From contig DIWL01000080.1 of assembly GCA_002428455.1 (NCBI GenBank), positions 34,100-98,099 of the forward strand: DNA of 64,000 nt. Direction: 5' to 3'. Within the stretch, counting starts at the first letter, position 1. Each line of letters begins with the position of its first letter. The translations under genes and the position numbers were made by a program. Shown here piece after piece: positions 26,899 through 33,876 of this stretch. This stretch comes from Anaerolineaceae bacterium UBA6107. Its GTDB lineage: Bacteria > Chloroflexota > Anaerolineae > Anaerolineales > Anaerolineaceae. The notes beneath the pieces were generated by a model, which saw only the letters and a program-made list of their open reading frames with translations, searched no databases and was not told the origin of the DNA.

Positions 26899-27419
26899 TC
26901 ACCGAAGGCTTCGCCATCCGGTCCGTATGCCTGCCAGGTTGCTTCATACCGGCCAGGTTCTTGAGGTGTGATGAACTCAATTTGCACGATCGCTTCTGTA
27001 CCATTGCGGGCCGGGATCAAAGCCTGAGTTGTTTCAACCCCTAATGGGGATCCCGAGACCAGGCGCAGCGTGTAGGTATTGTTCCAATTGCATGTGCCGT
27101 TGTTCTTTACCTTCCACTCTTTTACAATGACAGCATCCGGATTGAATTGCGTACCATCAGGAACGGTCAGGTCAGCGACAAATTCGAGATCGTTCGTACA
27201 ATTCGGGATCTGGGTTGGTTCCGGGGTGGATTTCACTTCGGAATATTGGGTAGCAGTTGGTTCGCTGACCGGAGCTGGCGCTTTAAATACAGGTGCCTGC
27301 TTTTCAGGAGGAAGAGAACGGCTTGGCGGAAGGTATCCACAAGCCGAAAGAAGCATAGACAACCCGACAGCAATGCCAAGTAACAATTTTCCGGACGTAA
27401 CAGCAAAAAGCCTGGTCAT
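26862..27419 (-). CDS. lipoprotein with NBR1-like Ig-fold domain
   Basis: ATG at 27419 gives MTRLFAVTSGKLLLGIAVGLSMLLSACG (lipobox). The C-terminal KEWKVKNNGTCNWNNTYTLRLVSG..WQAYGPDGEAFGEW resembles the NBR1-type Ig-like domain. The longer track ORF (to 27602) overlaps recA and is rejected. Confidence 0.6.
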   Translation of the reverse strand: MTRLFAVTSGKLLLGIAVGLSMLLSACGYLPPSRSLPPEKQAPVFKAPAPVSEPTATQYSEVKSTPEPTQIPNCTNDLEFVADLTVPDGTQFNPDAVIVKEWKVKNNGTCNWNNTYTLRLVSGSPLGVETTQALIPARNGTEAIVQIEFITPQEPGRYEATWQAYGPDGEAFGEWLTISIAVITP

Positions 27420-27432
27420 GAGATATTGTGGA

Positions 27433-28536
27433 TTATTCCTCGGTTGCCTGGTCTTCATCACTGGCAGCATCAGAGAGGTCGAATGCAAATTCACCACCCA
27501 TGGCACGCTGGCGGACGATGGTTTCGATCTCATTGCATAATTCGATATTCTGTCGCAGAAATTCCTTGGCATTCTCGCGGCCTTGCCCGAGGCGAATGTC
27601 ATTAAAGGAGAAGAAAGCTCCCCGTTTGGTGATTACTTCCATTGCAGTGGCGAGATCGATGATATCGCCTTCTTTCGAAATGCCCTCGTTATACATGATG
27701 TCAAATTCAGCGGTGCGGAAGGGAGGTGCGACCTTGTTCTTGATCACGCGCACGCGCGTGCGATTGCCGACGATCTCGGGTCCCAACTTGATCGATTGGA
27801 TGCGGCGGGTATCCAGGCGAATGGAAGCGTAGAATTTCAGCGCCTGCCCGCCAGTTGTCGTTTCGGGGTTTCCAAACATTACACCGATCTTCTGGCGCAT
27901 CTGATTGGTAAAGATGACCGCTGTTTTGGTCTGGTTGATCGCCCCGGAGAGTTTGCGCAGCGCCTGTGACATCAGGCGGGCTTGCATACCCATGCTCGCG
28001 TCGCCCATATCACCTTCGATCTCAGCCCGCGGTACCAGCGCGGCTACTGAGTCAATGATCACCAGGTCGACTGCTCCTGACCTTACCAGTGTCTCGGTAA
28101 TTTCGAGGGCTTGCTCGCCCGTGTCTGGTTGTGAGATGAGCAGGCTTTCCACATCCACTCCCAATTTGGCGGCGTAAGAAGGGTCGAGGGCATGTTCCAT
28201 GTCAATGAAGGCAACTGTACCGCCAAGTTTTTGGGCTTCAGCCGCGATATGGAGGCAGAGCGTGGTTTTGCCGGAAGACTCAGGACCAAAGATCTCGGTG
28301 ATGCGGCCACGCGGGATGCCACCCACACCGAGGGCGATATCAAGTGAGAGCGAACCGGAGGGGATCACCTCAACGGCGAGCTGGTGCGCTTCGCCCAGGC
28401 GCATGATCGCGCCTTCGCCGTAGCGTTTAATGATGTCGCCGAGGGCTTTATCGAGCACAGCACGCTTGGCTTCAGACATCGGCTCGTTGCGGTCAAACTG
28501 GTTGTATTCGTTCGGATTTATAGACTTCTTGGCCAT
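27433..28536 (-). CDS. recA: recombinase RecA
   Basis: 367 aa. Walker [19 protein letters not shown], and canonical RecA sequence throughout. Confidence 0.97.
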   Translation of the reverse strand: MAKKSINPNEYNQFDRNEPMSEAKRAVLDKALGDIIKRYGEGAIMRLGEAHQLAVEVIPSGSLSLDIALGVGGIPRGRITEIFGPESSGKTTLCLHIAAEAQKLGGTVAFIDMEHALDPSYAAKLGVDVESLLISQPDTGEQALEITETLVRSGAVDLVIIDSVAALVPRAEIEGDMGDASMGMQARLMSQALRKLSGAINQTKTAVIFTNQMRQKIGVMFGNPETTTGGQALKFYASIRLDTRRIQSIKLGPEIVGNRTRVRVIKNKVAPPFRTAEFDIMYNEGISKEGDIIDLATAMEVITKRGAFFSFNDIRLGQGRENAKEFLRQNIELCNEIETIVRQRAMGGEFAFDLSDAASDEDQATEE

Positions 28537-28591
28537 GAGAGATCTCCTCGTATAGTGGTTTATTAATTATAGTATGAATCCTGCCAGGATC

Positions 28592-28609
28592 ATTATAGTA
28601 CATTTGTTC
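28592..28609 (-). promoter_or_regulatory. candidate recA promoter -10 (TATAAT) abutted by a Cheo-box-like LexA site GAACAAATGTAC
   Basis: The minus strand reads TTGAACAAATGTAC-TATAAT. The GAAC-N4-GTAC element has one mismatch to GAAC-N4-GTTC. It lies about 55 nt upstream of the recA ATG. Confidence 0.4.
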
Positions 28610-28620
28610 AAGTAAAGCAA

Positions 28621-28705
28621 GTCAGAAAGTCAGTGATTAGTGAAGAGTGATTGGGGATCAGGGAATAGTGAATAGTGATTAGGGATTGGTGCTTGAGGAT
28701 TAGTA
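28621..28705. repeat. C-poor degenerate short-period repeat tract (GTGA[T/A]T[A/G]G-like units)
   Basis: GTCAGTGATTAGTGAAGAGTGATTGGGGATCAGGGAATAGTGAATAGTGATTAGGGATTGG... GTGA recurs at 28632, 28640, 28647, 28668 and 28675. The plus strand has almost no C. Confidence 0.6.
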
Positions 28706-28893
28706 TTCAATGTTCAAGTCCGTAGGGATGTAGGGCGAATCGGTCAATACCCCAATGGCTAAGTAAACCCGTTGCACGTTTTCGTGTTCGGTGAGGGCAC
28801 ATTGTAGTGCACCTGACTATAGGAATTGCACCTTAGACTTATCAATTTTGTCAATTTCCCACCATTAACCAGCATCAGGTATACTTGCAGGAT

Positions 28894-29370
28894 ATGATCC
28901 ATTTTTCGATTGGCGACATCGCTCCTGACTTTGAACTTCCCGACCACAAAGGGAAGGGAATTGGCTTGTCTGAAGTATTAAATAAAACCAACGCACTCCT
29001 GGTTTTCAACATCGGCTTTGCCTGACCGCATTGCACCAACCATATGGCGCAGTTGCGCCATGACTACAAAAAATTCAGGGAACTTAACACAGAAGTATTG
29101 GTGATGGTACCGAACGGACCGAGGACAATTGAAAGATACAAGACTACAAACGCTGTACCTTACCCGATTCTGAGTGACAAAGGTTCAGCTGTAGCGGGGA
29201 TGTATATGCAGGTGAAACGGTTTTTCAAGATCGGTACCCCCACGGTATTGCTGGTTGATCAGAAAGGAAGGATCATTTATGCACATTATGCAAGATCGGT
29301 GATCGAAGAACCTGATAACCAGGAACCGTTGAAAATACTTGCTGATCTGAAAGAAAAGAGTAGTAAATAA
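28894..29370 (+). CDS. peroxiredoxin-like / AhpC-TSA thioredoxin-fold protein, probable selenoprotein (in-frame TGA at 29023-29025 read as Sec; U-P-H-C motif)
   Basis: The ORF track only has 29044..29370. The same frame from ATG 28894 gives MIHFSIGDIAPDFELPDHKGKGIGLSEVLNKTNALLVFNIGFA-U-PHCTNHMAQLRHDYKKFRELNTEVLVM... The TGA occupies the first position of the CxxC redox motif. A hairpin follows and selB is in the window. Confidence 0.7.
29026..29065 (+). promoter_or_regulatory. candidate bacterial SECIS element
   Basis: Hairpin ATGGCGC-AGTT-GCGCCAT (29044-29061): 7-bp GC-rich stem with G and U in the apical loop. It starts 18 nt after the TGA. Confidence 0.5.
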
Positions 29371-29409
29371 TAATATGGTAGTTAATCTGACTGATCTTTT
29401 CCATATCTA

Positions 29410-29438
29410 TTGACTTTTACTCCCAACCTCAGTATGAT
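29410..29438 (+). promoter_or_regulatory. sigma-70 type promoter of the glnA leader
   Basis: TTGACT (29410-29415), 17-nt spacer, TATGAT (29433-29438). Confidence 0.55.
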
Positions 29439-29444
29439 AGACAC

Positions 29445-29764
29445 AATTAACAATTGATTAAAGAGAGAATCAGCGGCTGAATCTCGGTGCGCCGAGATTA
29501 CGAGGTGGAGGTTCTCCTTCGCGAGAGGGATGTTAACCCTGGGGGGATGGACAGGGGAAAATCGATCGATCAGCGGATGCCTCCGAAGCCCTGCCCGGGC
29601 TTCAATCTCCCTTCCAGACAAGTCAGAAGCCAAAACCGGTTGGCGACAACCGGCACAGAATCCTGACACGGCCAGGCAAAACGGCCTGCCTGTGCAGTTA
29701 AGCGGAAGGGAATGCTGTGAACTTATTAATAAGGCATGCCCGATCGCATGCCTTATTTCTTTTT
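29445..29764 (+). ncRNA. roughly 320-nt structured 5' leader / candidate riboswitch or attenuator RNA upstream of glnA (class unknown)
   Basis: Several strong local hairpins: 29480-29499 (8 bp, UGCG loop), 29585-29603 (7 bp), 29636-29653 (7 bp, GCGA GNRA loop), and CACGGCCAGGC..GCCUGCCUGUG. Long-range 8-bp pairing UCCCUUCC (29608-15) with GGAAGGGA (29704-11). Ends in an intrinsic terminator just before the glnA RBS. Confidence 0.5.
29728..29764 (+). terminator. intrinsic terminator at the 3' end of the glnA leader
   Basis: 12-bp perfect stem AATAAGGCATGC / GCATGCCTTATT, 6-nt loop, then TCTTTTT. The glnA RBS GGAG (29768-71) and ATG 29779 lie downstream. Confidence 0.7.
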
Positions 29765-29778
29765 AAAGGAGCGGCAAA

Positions 29779-31116
29779 ATGGACAAACAGGAATTAATGA
29801 AACGAGTTGCAGAGGACAATGTCCGGTTTATCTCCTTCCAATTCACCGACGTGACCGGAACGGTGAAGAGCCTTGATGCGCCAATTTCCCGACTGGCGGA
29901 AGCACTTGACCAGGGCATCTGGTTTGACGGGTCATCTGTGGAGGGTTTTGCGCGCATTCAGGAAAGTGATATGCGCCTGATTCCTGACATGGAAACTTAC
30001 GCTGTATTACCGTGGTCGCCGGACACCATGCGTCGTGCGCGGCTTTTCTGCGATATTTACAACCCGGATGGTACGGCTTTCCTGGGTGATCCTCGTGGGG
30101 CACTTAGGCGTGCACTGGAGAACCTTGAAAAACGCGGAATGAAATACATGGTTGGCTCGGAGCCGGAGTTCTTTCTTTTCCGTCGCAACGGTGGCACAGA
30201 CATACACCCGGTGCCGCATGATGTGGGTGGCTATTTTGATTTTTCTCCCAATGATGAGGCAGTGCGTGTCCGCACAGAATTGATGCAAGCACTGGATTCC
30301 ATGGGGTTGGAAGTGGAGGTAGGACACCACGAATGTGCACTGGGGCAGCATGAAATTGATTTTCACTTCAGCAACGCCCTGCGCTCGGCGGATAATGTGC
30401 TTACTTTAAAATACACCGTAAAGGCTATCGCTGCTCAACACGGACTGATTGCATCGTTCATGCCCAAACCGATCTTCGGGATCGCCGGCTCAGGTATGCA
30501 CTGCCATCAATCGTTGTTTGACCTGGCTGGTCACAACCTGTTTTACGCGCCTGAAGATCCCTTTAACCTCTCATCTTTGGCATATGGATTCATTGGCGGG
30601 CAGCTACAACATGCGCGGGCTTTCTCAGCGGTAACAGCCCCAACGATCAATTCTTACAAGCGGCTGGTGCCGGGTTATGAAGCCCCGGTGTATGTGGGTT
30701 GGGCACAGACAAACCGCTCAGCGTTAATTCGCATTCCACAAAAGATTGCGGGGATGGCCACAGCAGTACGCGCTGAACTGCGCTGCCCTGATCCCTCCTG
30801 CAACCCCTACCTGGCTTACCTCGTCATGTTGGCTTCTGCGCTGGATGGGATTGACAACAAGATCATCCCGCCAGAACCATTCAACAATGTGAATGTTTAC
30901 GAACTCACCAGGGAAGAACGCAAAGACATGCAAATCGTTGAGTTGCCTGCTTCATTACGCGAAGCGCTCTTCGAATTAGAAGGGGATACAGTGCTCAAAA
31001 ATGCCCTGGGAAGAGAGATTTTCGAGGCATTTATGCGGGCAAAATGGGCAGAGTGGGATGATTACCGGCTAAATGTAATGGATTGGGAATTAGCCAGGTA
31101 CCTGGAAACCAGCTGA
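29779..31116 (+). CDS. glnA: glutamine synthetase, type I
   Basis: 445 aa. FTDVTGTVKS beta-grasp N-terminus, GSEPEFFLF, HHECALGQHEIDF and NSYKRLVPGYEAP motifs. Confidence 0.95.
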   Translation: MDKQELMKRVAEDNVRFISFQFTDVTGTVKSLDAPISRLAEALDQGIWFDGSSVEGFARIQESDMRLIPDMETYAVLPWSPDTMRRARLFCDIYNPDGTAFLGDPRGALRRALENLEKRGMKYMVGSEPEFFLFRRNGGTDIHPVPHDVGGYFDFSPNDEAVRVRTELMQALDSMGLEVEVGHHECALGQHEIDFHFSNALRSADNVLTLKYTVKAIAAQHGLIASFMPKPIFGIAGSGMHCHQSLFDLAGHNLFYAPEDPFNLSSLAYGFIGGQLQHARAFSAVTAPTINSYKRLVPGYEAPVYVGWAQTNRSALIRIPQKIAGMATAVRAELRCPDPSCNPYLAYLVMLASALDGIDNKIIPPEPFNNVNVYELTREERKDMQIVELPASLREALFELEGDTVLKNALGREIFEAFMRAKWAEWDDYRLNVMDWELARYLETS

Positions 31117-31121
31117 ACGAT

Positions 31122-31152
31122 AACACCCCCGGAATGAGAGATCGGGGGTGTT
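31122..31152. terminator. hairpin between convergent glnA and uppP-fusion genes
   Basis: 10-bp stem AACACCCCCG / CGGGGGTGTT with an 11-nt loop. Flanking U-tracts are weak. Confidence 0.45.
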
Positions 31153-31168
31153 CAATTAAACGCGATTG

Positions 31169-32740
31169 CTACGGATTTACTGCATTGCTAAGACAGGCCA
31201 ACCATTGCCTGCCGATACCTTGCGGCTCTTCACCGGTTATTGCCAGCATTGGTCGGCTGAAATCCAGCGATTTCCCGTTCCGGGTTACATTCACCTGCAA
31301 AACGTTTGCATCAACAGCCTGTGCGGGCAGGTAACCCAGCCCGGCCGGATTGGCGAGAATTGCCTGGTTCATCGCGCGGGTAGATGGTACGAGGATCGCG
31401 GATGACAGGGAAGGGAGGATTTCCTCGTTAAAAAAATCTGCGAAAATATCCTGAGCATCTTCACTATCGGGGTAGACATACATTTGGATTGGCTGATCTA
31501 GAACCTTTGACGGTGGTTCTTCCTCGTAGCAATTCTGGCAATTCGTGTACAGGTCCCGCCAGGTCCTCAAGGAACCCGCAGTGATCTCCTCCAGTCGGGC
31601 GAGAGGTAGCCGAGCCAGCGGGTTTTCGGAATTTACGACAAATGTAAATGCGCTTTCACTGATCGTTACAGCATAACCCGCTAAGGATTCCGGCTCCCCC
31701 CAGCGTAGGGTCACATCGATCGTTTCCAATCCGTCAATTTTGGTATCCTCATCGGAGGTCAGCAGCGCAAGACCCGGTATGTCAGCGGCACAATCCTCAG
31801 CACTGGCTATCAGCCAATCCGTTGAGGCTGAGTGAGAGAGCTGGATCACCTCGTTGATCTCATCGCCGTTTTCAACCACAGGCGCTGCACCGGATGCAAC
31901 TGGAGTAGCGTTCATGTTTGGGCGAACATGCGATAGGATCAGCACCAGCGATCCAAGCAAAACGCAGTAAGCAGCGAAGTAAATCAACGACCTTTTGTTG
32001 AGGAAATGCAGCAGCCAATGGATCGCCAGGTATCCGACAATTGCTGCGGCTATGAAACCAACGATAAGTACGGGCAGGAAACCACCCAGGTCCGGCACAT
32101 CGAGCAGGTCCGGAATGCTGAAGATACCTGCAGCGATCATCACCGGGATGGACATTAGAAAAGCAAAACGGGCGGCCGCCGGGCGTTCAAAATTCCGCAG
32201 CATACCACCCGTGATCGTGGAACCGGAGCGGGAAATGCCCGGGAAAATCGAGAACGCCTGGAAAACGCCCGTCACCAATGCATCTCGCCAGCCCATGTCT
32301 TCCAGCTTGCGACTTTGTCTGCCCAGGAACTCGGAGCCCAACAGGAAGATGGCGGTCACAAACAAAAAGATCGCCGTGATGCGCGGGTTGTTGAAGGCTG
32401 CTTCAACTTTATCCTTTAAGAAAATACCCGCAAGACCAGCAGGGATTGTGGCAAGGACGAGATACCATCCCATGCGCGCATCAGCAGTTTCAAATGGTTT
32501 GCGGTTGATCAAGGCGAGAACGAAGCCACGGATGATCGACCATAGATCCTTCCGGAAGTATATGATCACTGCAAGCAGCGTACCGATCTGAACCAGCACA
32601 TCAAACGGGAAAACCTGGCTCTCCGGGATTTTCCAATCAAGAATGTAGGGGACCAGGACGAGATGGGCGGAAGAGGATACAGGCAGAAACTCGGTTAGCC
32701 CCTGGATGATTCCCAGAATAAGGGATTGAAGAAAACTCAT
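31169..32740 (-). CDS. uppP: undecaprenyl-diphosphate phosphatase (UppP/BacA) fused to a C-terminal extracytoplasmic PstS/PBP-like domain
   Basis: The first 275 aa or so carry MSFLQSLILGIIQGLTEFLPVSSSAHL and SRSGSTI UppP motifs. The roughly 240-aa C-terminal extension after the last TM contains LARLPLARLEEITAGSLRTWRDL, which resembles the PBP_like_2/PstS motif (L..I..G.i.nW.d). Confidence 0.85.
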   Translation of the reverse strand: MSFLQSLILGIIQGLTEFLPVSSSAHLVLVPYILDWKIPESQVFPFDVLVQIGTLLAVIIYFRKDLWSIIRGFVLALINRKPFETADARMGWYLVLATIPAGLAGIFLKDKVEAAFNNPRITAIFLFVTAIFLLGSEFLGRQSRKLEDMGWRDALVTGVFQAFSIFPGISRSGSTITGGMLRNFERPAAARFAFLMSIPVMIAAGIFSIPDLLDVPDLGGFLPVLIVGFIAAAIVGYLAIHWLLHFLNKRSLIYFAAYCVLLGSLVLILSHVRPNMNATPVASGAAPVVENGDEINEVIQLSHSASTDWLIASAEDCAADIPGLALLTSDEDTKIDGLETIDVTLRWGEPESLAGYAVTISESAFTFVVNSENPLARLPLARLEEITAGSLRTWRDLYTNCQNCYEEEPPSKVLDQPIQMYVYPDSEDAQDIFADFFNEEILPSLSSAILVPSTRAMNQAILANPAGLGYLPAQAVDANVLQVNVTRNGKSLDFSRPMLAITGEEPQGIGRQWLACLSNAVNP

Positions 32741-33867
32741 GCTTGCTCCTTGCGGCTGCTGGGTTTGTACTCTGCCAGGAACGCGGCGGAAAAGTCACTG
32801 AACCTGCCGTTTAAAATAGCCTGGCGAGCGTTGTTCATCAAGGTGATGAGGAACTGAATATTGTGGATCGAAATGAGCGTAGAAGCCAGCATTTCCCTGG
32901 CGATAATCAGGTGACGCAAGTAAGCGCGTGTGAAATTTCGGCAGGTGTAGCATTGGCAGTCTTCTTGGATTGGTTGCAGCAGGCGGGCATTGGCACTGTT
33001 CATCAAATTCACCCGTCCGCCGCTGGTGAACGCTGCCTGGTGGCGCGCTAGCCGGGTGGGCAGAACGCAGTCAAAGATATCCACCCCCCGCAGAATCCCG
33101 TTGATCAAATCCTCTGGTGATCCAACACCCATTAAGTATCGCGGCTTGTCAGCCGGCAGGATAGGATCGACAACTTCAAGGATGGCATGCATCTGTGCTT
33201 TGGTCTCGCCAACCGAAAGACCTCCAATTGCATTACCAGGTAAACCGAGTGATGCGATGAAGGAGGCAGATTCTCTCCGCAGTTCAGGAAATACACCTCC
33301 CTGGACAATGCCAAAAAGCGCCTGGTCAGGGCGCTGCTTGACGTGCATACAGCGTTCAATCCAGGCATGGGTGCGTGCCATCGATTTGCGGTTGTACGTC
33401 AGGTCGTCTGGGACGGCACACTCATCAAATGCCATAATAATGTCCGCGCCGAGTTTTTCCTGTACTGTAATCGAAAGTTCAGGAGTCAGCCGGTGCATGG
33501 AACCATCAATGTGGCTTTTGAATGTTACGCCCTCATCATCCACCTTGCGCGTATCGGAGAGTGAAAAAACCTGGAACCCGCCGGAATCAGTAAGCATCGG
33601 TCCCGGCCATTGCATAAAAGTGTGTAATCCACCGTGCTCTGCCACCAGGTCTGGTCCCGGGCGCAAGTACAGGTGGTAGGTGTTAGCCAGAACCAGGTTT
33701 GCTCCGGTTTCTGCCAGCTGGGCTGGTGAGACAGCCTTTACCGTGGCCTGTGTCCCGACGGGCGCGAATACAGGGGTCAGGATATCACCGTGGGGAGTGG
33801 TAAAAACACCCGCGCGGGCTGAGCCCAGCTGTTTTTCAAGCCTAAAAGAGAATGGTTGATCTTCCAT
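32737..33867 (-). CDS. tgt: tRNA-guanine transglycosylase (queuine tRNA-ribosyltransferase)
   Basis: TPVFAPVGTQATVKA, LTDSGGFQVFSL and the Zn motif CxCxxC (CQCYTCRNFTRAYLRHL). The track start 33876 is TTG; ATG 33867 is more likely. Confidence 0.93.
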   Translation of the reverse strand: MEDQPFSFRLEKQLGSARAGVFTTPHGDILTPVFAPVGTQATVKAVSPAQLAETGANLVLANTYHLYLRPGPDLVAEHGGLHTFMQWPGPMLTDSGGFQVFSLSDTRKVDDEGVTFKSHIDGSMHRLTPELSITVQEKLGADIIMAFDECAVPDDLTYNRKSMARTHAWIERCMHVKQRPDQALFGIVQGGVFPELRRESASFIASLGLPGNAIGGLSVGETKAQMHAILEVVDPILPADKPRYLMGVGSPEDLINGILRGVDIFDCVLPTRLARHQAAFTSGGRVNLMNSANARLLQPIQEDCQCYTCRNFTRAYLRHLIIAREMLASTLISIHNIQFLITLMNNARQAILNGRFSDFSAAFLAEYKPSSRKEQA

Positions 33868-33876
33868 GAAATGCAA

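Noticed and set aside
28759-28947. 62-aa minus-strand ORF overlapping the start of the Prx-like gene
   Set aside because: It is short, has no RBS or recognisable motifs, and overlaps the 5' end and promoter of the better-supported plus-strand selenoprotein gene.
29023-29025. The TGA in the Prx-like gene read as a simple stop, pseudogene lesion or sequencing error
   Set aside because: This is not excluded but is disfavoured. It is the only disruption in an otherwise intact 158-codon frame, and it falls exactly on the catalytic Cys column of a CxxC motif. A GC-rich hairpin follows at SECIS distance, and selB is present in the window.
29445-29764. Assignment of the glnA leader to a known riboswitch class (glutamine glnA-motif, glycine, ydaO/c-di-AMP, ykkC, cobalamin, T-box, SAM)
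   Set aside because: Only short isolated similarities were seen (CCGAAG, CAGGCAAAAC, GCUGAAUC plus a hairpin, ACACGG). The core conserved strings of each class, as I remember them, are missing or in the wrong order. This needs a covariance-model search before any claim.
29382-29766. ORFs 29382..29669(-) and 29530..29766(+) in the prx-glnA intergenic region
   Set aside because: The region folds into many strong helices and includes a promoter and an intrinsic terminator inside the supposed coding sequence. It is better explained as a structured leader RNA.
31995-33679. 198-aa and 229-aa plus-strand ORFs (31995..32591, 32990..33679)
   Set aside because: They are antisense to uppP and tgt respectively. 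Their low-complexity Arg/Ser/Pro-rich translations indicate shadow ORFs. The same reasoning applies to 62454..63080, 27079..27969, 35201..35704 and 33986..34405.
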